A stretch of 64,000 bases of DNA from Dimorphilus gyrociliatus (GCA_904063045.1 CAJFCJ010000007.1:1442698-1506697), one strand, 5' to 3'; shown: positions 34,683 through 48,268, counted from the first letter of the stretch. Numbers and translations: made by a program. The notes: generated by a model from the sequence alone, not told the origin.

Positions 34683-36543
34683 TTAGCTGTCTTCTTCCTG
34701 CTTCGGCTGGGGTCTCAGTTGATACCTACCTAAATACATATACATGGTTCGCTTAAAATTCTTAAAAAAAAAAAAAACTATCTATAAAAAAATTTCTTAC
34801 TCGTAGTCGTCATATCATCCATTGTGCGACTTTGACACACTGATGCCTTGTGTCCAAATTGACCACAATTAAAACAAGTGTTACTCTTATTAATATTTGC
34901 CCCTCGTCCTGACGAGTGTCTCGCTGAAGGTCGCACTTGTGGAGAGGAATAATAAGGGAAATAGTAAGGTAAGAAGTCAGTATGGAATTGGGGTATTCCG
35001 TTCGGTTGTATAGCGCTATGATAGGGTGGTTGCAAAATTCCGTTGGAGGCGCCCGGTCTAGGCCATACCATAACAACCGGACTATCTGGATGAGGTGAAG
35101 AGGAAGTGAGCGGTGCTGGACTAGAAGTAGTTGAATTCGTCGCTGTATAATTCGGCCGTTGTATGACCATGTTCGACATGGAAAGGTTTGTTGTGCCTAC
35201 AGTCCTCATTGATGACGGGACCAAAGTAAAACCACTGGCGGTTGCCTCATTATCCGTCAAATCGCCGTTTTGTTGCGCATCTTGAAAAATTTTAAACAGT
35301 TTTTCACTAGCTCCACTTGTTATACCCAAATTTAAAAAGTCATCCTTAGATTTTTCCTTTAATTCACTAAGAGTGAAATCCTGCAGTTTAGAGGCGTACT
35401 TAGTAAGGCGATTAGTCTTGAGTAACTCGTAAATGTTCGGTGCGATATTTAAATTAGACTCGACCGAAGATGCTGGAGAAACAGAAGGACTACTAGAGTT
35501 TTGCTCAACATTCAAAAAGTCACTTTTAGAGTTTTGTTTTCTGGGACTTCGAACATTTTCCGTGTAACTCGAATCGAATCTCTGTGCGATGATTTTGTGA
35601 CTGAGTATGTGGAAAGGTAGTTTATGCAGATTTCGAAGTACATCGGTAACAACATCCATTTCAGAAGCAGATGGTCCTACTTCCAATAGAAGATCAGAAC
35701 TTTCTACCGGATAACGTATAATTAACTGCAACAGATTTAAATTACTTATTAAGGATAGTTATCTCTTTAATTCTCTTACCTCCGTTTGTAATTGATGCAT
35801 ATCCGCATGTGATTTGATTATTTCTTTTTGAGATCCGTCTGACCATGAGACATTCAAGTAGAAAATACGTCGACTTTGATCAAATTTTGTCACTTCGACA
35901 CGATTAACCCAACCTGCAAATCGTAACACGTTATAGTATATTGAGTTCTTATTAATTACTGCTTACGTATAGGTTCTACTGGTGATTTTGCGGAATTCCT
36001 ATCGTTCATTCGTTTTCCTGTACAACATTTTTTCAAGATGCGATCCAAAGCCTCCATTCGTCCTTTCATGACCTGTCGCTGACCTACGGATATGGCAGGA
36101 TGATTTCCTGCCAAAGTATAAGCCATTATTACGTCTTGAAGGTGTTTCTTATTGTCTTCGTGCACTTCACCTTCAGTGCACTTAGAAGGCATATCGGCGT
36201 AAGCCGACAAGTCTATGGAGTTTAAAGTTTCGTAGAAGACGTTTGCACACTTGGAATTGGTAGTATGCATTAAGGACAAATATAGTATCAATTGAGATCT
36301 GACATGTTGATCATTTATGTCATTTAGTTTGTTGACAACGTCTAACTTGTTAGCGTTCGTCTCATCAGCACGTAGGGAAAGAAAATCTTTCCGAGCCATA
36401 TCTTCAATACAAGTTCCGAAGAAACGAACCTCCAAAGGATGGCAATGTTGAATAAGACTGCACATTAATTCGATTCTTTCGGGTGCTTCCAGTGTTTTAA
36501 ACCATTCACACACACGTTCTTTCTCATACTTTCGAACCATCAT
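34683..36543 (-). CDS. ZCCHC14: ZCCHC2/ZCCHC14-like protein (N-terminal conserved domain, SAM, C-terminal CCHC knuckle)
   Basis: EWFKTLEAPERIELMCSLIQHCHPLEVRFFGTCIEDMARKD, SAM-like LKTNRLTKYASKL..LGITSGASEKL, CFNCGQFGHKASVC. The last exon SRYQLRPQPKQEEDS* ends at 34683. Confidence 0.82.
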
Positions 36544-36960
36544 TTATTCGCTAGAATTTGACAATGAATTCAGTCGCTTAATAAGTGACAAAACTGCAAA
36601 TATTTCTTATAAAATTCTCTCCATATCGTGTACCGTACATCCGGGCATCGTCGATAAGGAACGGGGCGAAAAAAATTATTACCCATAAATTTTTTATTAT
36701 AAAATATTATTTAAAATTTTTCAAAAATATTATTAAGCTTAATTTTTTTCATTTTAATGAAGTAAAATTGAACCGGAAGTCAGTATTCCCCACCGCTATT
36801 TGTAACCTGTATTTTACAAAAACTAAGTAGCCACATGGGTAGTATTTCAGCGCTAATAGCGCTCGTTTGTCACGTGTGTGTTGAGGACTTTCTCCGAAAT
36901 TCGCTGTCTCTTAATTGTTTTTTGATATTTGCATGAGTCATCGGTTTGAACTGAGAGAAG

Positions 36961-39102
36961 ATGGGAAAATCTAAACGCAAAGATAAAAAAGGTAAAGGAG
37001 CGGAAAAGACAGCTGCAAAAACTGAAAAGAAGGCCGAAAAAAGAAACAAAAAAAATTTAAAAGAACAAGGCGAGGTAAGTTATACTTTGTCAGTATGGTT
37101 AGAATACTAATTTAGTATTTTAAAGGAAGACATTGAATTGATTATAGCGGAATTAGCAGAAGCTGATAGAAAGCGAGAACAAGTTATAACTGAGAAATGT
37201 GAACCTCCAAGCCCAAGGTATTTGAATTTTGTTGAAAAAAGTTATTTTTAACGAACTTATCTGTTAAAAGAGCTCATTGTTCTTGGACATCGTTTGAAGA
37301 AAAACACTTGATTCTTTTGTTTGGAGGAGAACATCTGACTGGATCGAAAGTATGCAATTTTCTAAATAGAATCACCCAGTTCATCGATTTTTAAATTATA
37401 GATTAATGTTTACAACGAACTGTATTTTTATTGCTCAAAAAATAATACATGGACAAAAGTTAAAGCTCCTAACGCTCCACCTCCACGAAGTTCACACCAA
37501 GTAAAAATAAATATAAGTAATTCCAATTAAGTAAAATAATTGTAATAGGCTATCTGTCTGAAAAGAGGAGGAGGTGAACTATGGATTTTTGGAGGTGAAT
37601 TTACAAGTCCTACTCAATCTCAATTTTACCACTATCGGGACTTATGGATGTTTCAAATAAAAGAAAGAAAGTGGCAAAAAATAGAGTATGATAATATAGT
37701 CTCAACCATCATATTTTAAATAAATTTTCTTCAGTGCGCCTAAGGCGCCATCATCCAGAAGTGGTCATAGAATGATTTTATGCAAACGTAATATTTTTGT
37801 TTTCGGTGGATTTCATGATAACGGCCGGTAAATATTGAAAATATTTTTTTTAAAATACAAACTAAGAACATTGATTTTTTTTTTAAGTGACTATAAATAT
37901 TTCAACGATCTGCATATGTTCAACGTCGATAACTACACTTGGACCAAGATAGACACATGTGGCATACCCCCGTCCCCACGATCAGGATGCCAACTAGTTC
38001 TTCATCCAAATCAACAATCTATCATTGTCTATGGTGGATATAGCAAAGTAAATGTGAAAAAAGACATAGATAGAGGCACAATTCTATCAGATATGTTTTT
38101 GCTCTCATCTCAAAGTAATAAACATTTTATATACATTTTTTTTAATTACTGAATTAAAACATTTTACGGATCTAGATAACGAAACTGGAGCCGATGTGAA
38201 ATGGAAATGGTCCCAAATAAAGCATTCAGGAAGTAAACCAAATCCTCGATCTGGTTTTTCAATGATTTCAACTGCTCAGAATCGAGCTTTTCTCTTTGGT
38301 GGAGTTATTGATGAGGAGGACGATGAGGACGTAGAAGGACTATTTTTAAACGATATGTATTCTCTAGATTTAGATAGAACGAAATGGTACCAAGTTTTCC
38401 TACAAGAAAAAGTAGAAGAAAAGAAGGTTTCTGAAAAAGCTGACGACTTAATGGAGTCCTCTGAAGCACCAGAAACTACAGTTGTAGAAGATGGAGTGTT
38501 TACTCTCACTATAGAAAAGAGCGACGCAATGGAGATCGATGATAGTATTCCTACAGATATTACAGAGAAGTTTCAGCCTCATCCCCGTATGAACACCTCA
38601 CTAGCCGTTCATGGAAATATCTTATACTTATACGGTGGAATTTATGAGAAAGGCGACGTGCAAGTTACTTGCAATGATCTGTATTCTATTAATACCCAAA
38701 AGTTTGATAGCTGGAGAGTTCTTGTTGCTCCAACACAAGAGGCTGAGGTTTGTTTTTTACTTGACAAAAACTCGACGATATCACTGCTGACTATTGTATT
38801 ATAGCAATGGGATGATTCTGACGAGGATAAGGATGAAGACAGTGAAGAAAATGAATCAGATGAAGGTAGCGTACTATTTACACATGATTGTGTTTTAATA
38901 ATTTTATATTAAAGATGAAGAGATGGAAGACTCACCCCCGCCACTAAAAAATGACGAGGAGTTATCTGAGTACTTTGGGAGAACAAAAGACTATTGGATG
39001 CAGATAGCTGATGAGGAGGCCGAAGAGAAGAATGTGAAATTGTCAGCCAAACAGTTAAAATCAAATGCCTTAGAATTAGCTCGTTTGTTTGTTAAACGAT
39101 AA
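36961..39102 (+). CDS. KLHDC4: Kelch domain-containing protein 4
   Basis: MGKSKRKDKKGKGAEKTAAKTEKK, kelch repeats (APPPRSSHQ, IFGGEFTSPTQSQFYHYRDLW, PSSRSGHRM, PSPRSGCQ, PHPRMN), and a C-terminal EYFGRTKDYW region. Confidence 0.93.
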
Positions 39103-39521
39103 TTTAGGACGTTTCTTGTTGAATTATAAATGTTTAATAAAGTCTTTGACATTGATAATTGAATTGTTTTAAAAAAACTTGTTCTTTTAATTGTTACTTT
39201 AAATATACCCGTACTATTTGTAGTAAATATCGTAATACATCGATTTTGTCGCCATCTTAGTTTCTATGGCAGCATGCACTTCCGCTTTCAGAAATAACGT
39301 AATTTTTGTTACAATAGCTATTATTATTATTTAGTCTTGTCCATAATATAGGAATTAATTTTTCAAGACATATTTCGCGTCTAAAAAAATTACGAAGACT
39401 ACTGAATACCACGCCAGCAGTTGCGATTAGGAAAGTGGGTCAACTAAAGACTCTTTACAAAGGTCAATCATTCTACGAATAGATCCTAGACGGTGACGTT
39501 AGCGAAGCCACGTTTAACTTT

Positions 39522-41444
39522 ATGAACGAAACGATGAAAACTGAAGATTTTCCCGTTGATCTTTTACCGTTGAATCTCGAAGAATTTGGAGAAATACAAT
39601 CTCCATTCGACGACGTATTCCGCTGTATGGTATGTAACTTATAGAAATTCTGAAAAAAATATCATACAATATCTGCAATTGCTTGTCTATCTTTTTAAAC
39701 TTTTTTTAAACATTCACATTCGTTAATTGGAAAGCTTATTGAAGCTTTAGAGAAATTACATATAACGGAACCTCTTGAATTTGCTAGATGGGCGAAGTGA
39801 TATAGAAAGGAGCCCATGGTGCGCGATCGCTTTTATAGCTTTTAACCCACGTGACCATTCGTTCTAAATGCATGCCAAATTTTAACCAATCAGAACGAAG
39901 GTCAAATGAAATTCAATGTTCACGTGATTTCACTTGTGATATCTGACCTGGCGACCTAGAAAGTTTATTTTTATTCATAATTGATTACTTTTGTAAAACT
40001 TGAAATTAAGAGAATATTTTCTTGAACAGTCTTTAGACTTAGAGTGTGCACCAACTTGCGAACCATCAACTCCTTATTACCCCCCTTCCTTAACACCATC
40101 TCAAAGCGAAGCCGAATCGCGAGCTAGCAGTCCTAGGCAAACTAAGAAGAAAAAATCAGATAATGGAAAACAGAAGATTCCGCGACATAAACGCGAATCT
40201 CACATCAATGCCGAACATCGTCGGCGATTTAAAATACAGGTAGGTCTAGCCAGAAACTGGCAGGTAATATAAAAAAAGGATTTTTTTCTCTAACTACTTT
40301 TAAAAGTTTTAGGTTCGAAAAGATTAAATGCTTGAAAAAAATCTTTTCATACTAAATACTTTTTTGCCTTTTTTAGATTTACGAATTCCAGAAGCAATAT
40401 GTTTTTACTAAAGCTAACTTTATGTTACAGAGAGGCTTTGATGATCTCTCTAAGTTGGTGCCGGCTTTGAGCGAGTCTGCGGCGCAGGGCACAAAAGAGA
40501 GCAAGGCTGGCATGCTTAATAAAAGTAAGATTTGTGCATCGTCTGTGTATGATGAAAAAAAAAATGAAATGAAAGTGTTTTGTCGGTAAAAGAACAAATT
40601 GAATTGCATTCTTAAATATTGAAAAATGCCTTGCACAACCATTAAAGCCTTATTTTGATATCTATACACGAACATTTAAAGACAGAATATAAATCTTTAA
40701 TAATGATTTCCATTTACAGCTATTAATAAAAAAATTTTCCATTTTTTATAGCTTATATTAAAATATATTTTATACATTACATACAGTTCTTATAGAAAAA
40801 AATTGTTATATTTCTAAATAATCTTATAGTTTTTTTTTCCTTAGCCTTGGACTACTGCTATCAAATAAGAAGAGAACATCGCAAATTGCAAAAAGAAGCC
40901 GATGCATTACGTTTGGAGGCTCAACAATTGTCAAATGAAATTAAGTAAGCTTTTCAATTGTTTCAAATTAAGTTTCAACATTTGATATCTTGTTTTTAGT
41001 TCATATCAAATGCAATTGCCAGAAGGTGGTGTTAGTAGCTCTCCTCAAGAAAGCAACCCGATGAGAGTCGAACGTATGTTTGATGATTTCGTTCGTGCTC
41101 GAACATTTCAAAATTGGAAATTTTGGATCTTTGCTATGTTTGTTCGCCCTATCTTTGAATCTTACAATCGTTCAGTTACTTTGCTCAATTTTCATCAATC
41201 CGTTCTCAGTTGGGTTGAACAGCATTGCTCTCTTATATCACTCCGTCCTGGTAATTTTCTGATTCATAAGATAAAATTTCGATTCTATAGGTATATATAA
41301 TTTTCAGCAATCCTATCACGACTTAGACGCTTGTCTACGTCATCATCCATAATGGCTAGTCCCGAAAAATTACCCGACGAAGCTTTAAAAGCGGCAATGG
41401 ATGAAGATTCTGTATTACCCTCCTACAAACATGGACACTCCTAA
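39522..41444 (+). CDS. MLXIP: Short Mondo/ChREBP-type bHLH-Zip-DCD transcription factor (about 300 aa, 6 exons)
   Basis: bHLH RESHINAEHRRRFKIQRGFDDLSKLVP..ESKAGMLNKTLDY, a zipper, and the Mondo-type C-terminal domain FDDFVRARTFQNWKFWIFAMFVRPIFESYN..WVEQHCSLISLRP. Exons start at 39522, 40030, 40431, 40847, about 41000 and 41308. Confidence 0.82.
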
Positions 41445-41591
41445 TTTTTAAAATTCCATTTGCGTTTGTAGTGTACTATATGTGAATGTCGTAGCAAAAT
41501 CGAAAAGCTATTTACCCATTACGATTGTATATTTGATAAATATGAAATGTAACATTAATAAAATATCATATTCAAAGAATTAAATTTCAAC

Positions 41592-43378
41592 CTATTTTGT
41601 AAACAATTCCTCATAATTAGCTATCAAATAGGCTGTAAATGAATTGATATATTGTATGGAGACGGGGTTCGGTTGCGTTGTACAATGCCAGAGCAAATTA
41701 GGTCCAAAGACAATGCCTAAATTGTGACTATTCATGGCATTGACCTCGGAGTTAGCAGCAACCTTAGCTAAAAACCTAATTATATACTTTAAAACTTCGT
41801 AATTATCGTCAGGTAATTCATCGCACAAAACTCGGCGAACTTCAGGAAGCTTGTTATCATCTGGAAAAGAAGCTGAAAACGTTTCAAAGTTAGTAATTGA
41901 TTATTGAAAAAAATGGGGACTTACATTGGATTTGTAAGATGTAATCGTACAGATCAAATGTCAGTAAGGGTTTTGGTAACTGCCGACAAAAGCATTTTAA
42001 AACGGCAGCTGCCAAATTGGGATCGTTGAATGAACCGTAATCGATTTTTTCTCCATTGTCAATTTGCTTTTGGACGGCGGTCAGCGATTGAACATTAGCA
42101 GATCTCCTAAATATTCCCTGACAACTTAAACCTTCATTTAAAAGGTATTCAGTTGTCGAGCTAACTACTATAGGTATTACGTTGTTCTGATTTCGTTCTT
42201 TCATGCTAAAAGTAAATACGAGAAATATTAGTTTTGTTACAATAATAATTTTCTAAAAATATTCAGAAATGATTCATATTTAAAATATTTACTATTGCAA
42301 AGTGACGCCAAACTGTTGAGTAAACTTTGGAGCCTGTATGATGGGCATAGGCTTTATTACTGGCTTATACTTCTCTAGTAATTTTGCGTCATGTTCTTGA
42401 ACGGCTTTAGGAATGAGAAGTTGAGAGAGTTGAACGTACTGAGCCAAATCATGAAGATATTCAACATGTATGACTTTTTTACCGAACTTAGCACTAATTA
42501 TAGGTTGAAATAGTTTCCATAAAAATCTTATGACCCTACTTGGATGGACAACATAGAGCGCTTTGAGATTCTTCTTATATCTGTTTTTGGTTGATTAGTT
42601 TTAATAAACTGTATATTGATTTAAGTAAGCCTGTCAAACCTTCTGTCGAATTCTTTATAGGCCTGACGAAGCCACGCAAAGGATGGTTTATTTTCTCGAT
42701 TAAAGCCGAAATGAAAATAAACGATGCTGTAATCATTCTCAACATACTGATCAAGCGTCTTTTTCAAGAAACTAAGCAATTTTGCGTGATCGAGCACCGA
42801 TCTTGGCGGCAATTTACATGCACTTATCACAACAATTTTTCGCCCAAAATTATCATCACCTGCTAACTGAACTATACCATATTTCGATATATCTTTAAAT
42901 TCACCGTCTTCTTCATTCTCTATATGATCAGGTGAACCTAATTCTTGTTCGAAGTCTTCGTCGATTAATCCATCTGGAGTTATAGCTCCAGCTCTTAGAT
43001 GTGGATCTTCGCTCTCCTCCTGACATAGAGCTAAAATAGTTATTGTACATGTAAAGGAATGTCAACTGGTGAACGAAAGACACAAATTAAGAAAAGAAAA
43101 TTAAAGAACCAAATACCAATTTCGCGTTCTATTACAGCGGATAAGGAAGATTCCGTCACATCTGCAGACAACACCGATAAAGCATGCTTTTTTTACAACA
43201 TTTTTATACCGTCGATTGCAGCTAGTTCGATTCCAGATTCGTCAAATTCTAATTCAGGTTCGACGACTTTATCGCTCCATATATCGTCTAAAGTTTCATT
43301 ACTACAGGTTATGGTAAACAAAGAAAAAATATGTATCTACAAACCCTCATCGGCTCTTGCCGAAGCACTTTGGGCCAT
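41592..43378 (-). CDS. ARHGAP1: Rho GAP with CRAL-TRIO/BCH domain (ARHGAP1/8, Cdc42GAP)
   Basis: [94 protein letters not shown]. Confidence 0.92.
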
Positions 43379-43986
43379 TTTTTACATAAATTCTGTAAAT
43401 TTGAAATAAAATTTAGAGCTTCCTGTTTGTATAGTATTATTTTTATGCTTATCTAGATATAAAATTATTGAGTGTCACTCATAAATACAAGCTCCGTTTA
43501 AATGAACATTAACAGATGGTGTCATGATTTCTCACCATACATTAAAGGTAGAAAAAGATTTAAGTTACCAGATAAAAACAAAAGAACACAGATATTCTGC
43601 TGTAAAAGCTCGAAAACTATAAAATTACCGCTTTGTTTCTTATCTGATAAGTCACTAGCTGCAGTCTACTTCCGGTATATATTCGTAAAAGTTTAGAATT
43701 TTGTATACAAACGGAAAAAAACCTATTAATTTTTTAAATTTAAAATAATATATTTCATATTTGTAGAAAATATATTTAAAAGTATTCTCGAAGGACGAAT
43801 CGGAACCCAGATTATAGATCTATTTGTATTTTTTTGTACAACTGCCCCATTATGTTTAATCTGGTTTATATTTTTCGTCATATACTCCCGTAGAAAATTT
43901 CATCATATATTCCCCCAGTGATTTAGTCTTGGACAAGTAGATTTCAGAATTAAATGTGTATTGAGCGATAATAAAGCTATATAACA

Positions 43987-46900
43987 ATGCACGTCAGCTA
44001 TACTAATAGTGTGGAATTTAAGGATTTGCAAGCAACCGCACTAGGAATAGACTGTAACAAAAACTCTGTTATATTAGCGGGGTATAGCATTTAAAATACA
44101 ATGTTTCATTATTCTATTTCTGCTAAATACTCCCTTTACAGGCGAAAAAGTATAGCCGTAGTTGATTTGGAGAAAACAGAAATAGTGCAAAAATTTGTCC
44201 GCAATTCAAAATGTGATGTTAGTGCTTTACACTGCAGCCCGTTTGAATCTCAAGTTTGTGCGATTGCTGTAAGTACTTTTTTTTATTAATACTTCAATCA
44301 AGATTTCAATAACCTAACCAAATTTCACCAGACTGTCCAGAAGGCTGAAATATGTGAATTGAACAGTTGTAGAGTTCGTCAAACTCTTAAAGGCCATACG
44401 AGAACAATAAATGACCTAGCTTGGTCACCTGAAAACCCTAATCGGATTGCAACCTGCTCCTCAGATGCTTCTACTTTCCTCTGGGATCTTAGGACAAACA
44501 AGCCTGTGAAGAGCTTGCAAGCCTTTGGTCGGTTTTCGGTTCATAGTTCAATCAATCTTGGACTTTTAAGAGTTTATTTTTCTGTAAACAGCCGGAGCTT
44601 CTCAAGTACAATGGAACAAAGTGTCAAATGATATTTTAGCAACAACCCACGATGGTGACATAAGAATTTGGGATATAAGAGTAATATTGTGCTCTTCAAT
44701 GTTTTATTTCATTAAGTTCTTTAATACAAATAATAGAAAGGAAATACACCAGTGCATTACATTACCGCCCATCTTAGTAAAATACATGGTCTTGACTGGA
44801 GCTATACAAGTAAGAAACATCTGGCTACGTCATCACAAGATGCCTCCATAAAGGTTTCTATATAGAGTATAACATTTGCATGCAGAGAAATCAATAATTT
44901 TACTTTTGTTAGATATGGGATATTGACCAATCGAGGCAACCCAAGATGCGTATTCAGTGTGTTCATCCTGTTTGGAAAGCCCGCTATACAGTAATTAAAG
45001 AATTTTATTAATCTTTTTAATGAAAATGATTCCTTTTGTAGCCTTTCGGCGAAGGGATTTTATCTGTAGTTGTGTCACAATTACGGAGAGAAAATTCACT
45101 AATATTATGGAATTTAAAAGATACTCAAAGCCCTCTTCATACATTTACAGGCCATAAAGATGTAATTTTTAATTTTCAATGGAGAAAATTAGGCTAGTTT
45201 ATTTAATTATTCGGATAACTAAAATTATAATTTGAAATTCTATTCCTATAGAACAACGTACAGAATTATTAACATGGTCCAAAGATCAAAAGTTACATAT
45301 TCTAGAAATAGATAATTCACTTCAAAAAACTTGCGGTGAACCCTTTCCAGAGGTGGAAGAGAAGCCGACAGAGTGTTTCTCGCCAAAAGTTGCAACAACC
45401 TTGTCATCAATAAGTAATGGGGTAAATTCAGATAACCAAATAGCAGGAAATACCGTATCTCCAACTACGTCACTTCAGGAATTTGAATTGGCAAATTTTG
45501 ATAATTTAGAGCACGTCTGTGTACAAAGTGTATGTAAATTTTTCAGAATAATAATCCTTTATTTATATTCTTTATTGCTTAATTTGTAATTTTAGATGGA
45601 TCAGGAAAATGTGACTTGTACTGTCGTTGTATCTATTCGACGGAAATTAGCCACTGTCAAAATAACGTTTCCTGATAAATATGTATCGAATGTTACTCCA
45701 ACCTTTGAATTTATGGAAGATACAAATTTAAACGCTGCTTCAAAGCGACAAGTGTCAGAAATATTGGTTCAAACGGCAGAGCAGCGTGTTAGAAATAATG
45801 GACTATGTTTAGAATCGTGCGTTAGAAGATTAGAAAAAGCTATTGAGAGTCTTCCAGTAAGTGATAAATTATAAACGAAAAACTTCCTATTCTTCTATTT
45901 CGTTTTTAATAGGATGAGCAAATCATTGAGAATGGATCAATGTTTCCTACATACTTTAATAGATATTATCCTGGTGTTCAAGAAGATAGCAGGGTGCCAT
46001 ATCCAAGACACTGTGGAGCAAGGTTTTCTTCCGTGGGTTTACTTGTTTGTTTTACTCATCCATCAATTAGACGGGGCGACGAGAAGACTCCTCGCTGTTT
46101 AGAACAATTTCATTACCCTGATCTTGCATCTTCAAGTTCGTCTTCATATTTCGGTCGAAGTACTTCGCCAGATCGTATTTTCAATTTATATCAAAATGAC
46201 CCTTGGATTATGGTATAGTATTTGTATACAAAAAGAGTCTTTTTGTATTTTACTTTTTTTATTCTCTAGTCGACATCTCGAATGAGAACCAAATCACGTC
46301 TTACAACGGAGGGCTCTTCTCATAAAAAAACAATTGACGGATTTAAGAAAACGCAGACTGTTGTTATTTACAACATGGTATCAGCACTATCTGTTAATAG
46401 ACAGCTAGCAGAACAGTACATTTTAGATAGATATAATCTGCCAAGAACTTGTTCACATAATGCTCAAGCCGCTGCAAATGTTGGAAGGAGAGATTTATTT
46501 CAAGCGTGGTCGGTTTTGGGTGTTGCAGTGGATACTTCATTTGCCCTTGATAAAGGGGGTGATTACTCACGATGGTCTGACCATCCTATGGGTGTGTCAA
46601 TGATAAAATCGCTGTAGGGTTATAATTCTTTTTTAAATAGAATTTTTGAAGACTTATTCAACGCATTTTTCAGTTTGGAGCACTATTTAAAATTGGGTGA
46701 TATACAAACAGTTGCTATGATATCTGCAGCATTATCACCAGTTTCACCACCTCAAACCACATTTCAAGATGACTGCTCACAATCGACGGTAAGTTTTTTT
46801 CATATTAACATTAAACAGAAACATCTCGTCTTATAATCCTTATTTAATTGTCAAATCGGTCAATGTTGTATAAATTTACCGGAGAGTAACTATTTCGATT

Positions 46901-48268
46901 TAATTATCAGAACAAAGTAAACAGAGTAAGACCGCGTAATATCCATAAAGTTCAAAAATCAACACCAGTAAGCAGCATTTTCCCCGATTTTGCATACAAG
47001 ACCTTCTTTTTTACCTAATTAGGCATGAGTTATGTTTAGAAACATTGTGTATTGTCTTAGGTTGATACCCCTGAACAACACCTAAGTCTTAGTGAGTTTT
47101 CTTGAATTTTTTTTACCTTAAAGCTTTTAAATGCATTCTAATTTTAGTATATACTTCGCATGATAATTAAAAGATATTACTACTAGTACTACTTTTATTA
47201 TTATCGTTATGCTTATTTTATAGTGTCGTTTATGTAGACTTCCTGACTTTACTGTATTAACTGTTAAGTAGAAAAAAAACAGTGAATATACTCGTATTAG
47301 TCATACTGTAGACGTGCTTCTTATTAACATTAGCTATTTATCCTTCCAACATGCTATTTAGCTTTTTTTAGTTGACGGTTGATACTATATGCTTCTGCTT
47401 AATCTTATTGCTTCTTGATAATTACAGTACAATCCCTACCATACTATAGATTTATCTGATACTTCACTCAAAGGGTGGAATCATAGTAAGTGTCTTAGTT
47501 TAGTTTGCTTCATTTAGCTGCCTGATTTAAATTAAACCTAAATCTTGACATCATGTTCAATATTATAAATAGATCTTTCTCGAGTAAAACGATCTAATAG
47601 TCTAGAAGAATTTTCATGGCCTGAAAATGAAGGAAAAACAACGATAAGTGAAAAGCCTATTCCAGAAAATGATAGAGTCAAAGTGACTGTTCCAGGGTAT
47701 ATATTATAAGAAGTATGTTATTTAGAGTAATGCTAAAAAATTTTGTTTTTAGAGTACTAGATGGAGACAATAAATTATACGACGCTATTAAGTTAACTTA
47801 CGCAGAAGTATTATATCGATGGGAGTTGCTTCGCCAGCGAGCAGTGATTTTAAAATCTTTAAAAAATATACCTTCAACTTATATGTTTGGTAAGATAAAA
47901 ATGTTCTTAAATTCTCTTAGACGAACTTTTTTAATTCATCTTACGTTTTCCAGAATTTAATTATCGGTGTCCATTTTGCGGAGAGACAACTCGATCTATA
48001 AAACACAAGGAACCGAAATGTCTAAAGAGGCTATTGACATGCTCAATATGTCAATTGGATGTTCGAGGATTGGCATCATACTGCATAGAGTAATGAATAA
48101 TTATAAATATAATTTATAAATACATAATGTATTCTTTTTTTCAGATGTGGACATGGCGGTCACTCACAACACATTGAAGATTGGTTCAAGACCCGCTTTA
48201 AATGTCCAACAGGATGTGATTGCGAATGTCTATTGAACAGTACAGCGCTTGAAAAAGTAATAGTTTAG
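43987..48268 (+). CDS. WDR59: GATOR2 component WDR59 (WD40, RWD, C-terminal RING)
   Basis: VEFKDLQATALGIDC, GHTRTINDLAWS, VPYPRHCGARFSSVGLLVCF, YAEVLYRWELL, CGHGGHSQHIEDWF..CPTGCDCECL. Confidence 0.93.

Noticed and set aside
39370-39521. Open frame upstream of the Mondo-like ATG, interrupted by one in-frame TAG (39480-39482), as possible readthrough or a lost N-terminus
   Set aside because: The peptide has no Mondo conserved-region similarity and there is no recoding signal. It is most simply 5'UTR.
39921-39936. Apparent ChoRE (CACGTG-attt-CACTTG)
   Set aside because: The spacer is 4 nt and a canonical ChoRE needs 5, so it is kept only as isolated E-boxes.
43788-43812. Weak tRNA/B-box-like string (reverse GGGTTCCGATTCGTCC)
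   Set aside because: No cloverleaf, no A-box and no matching stems.
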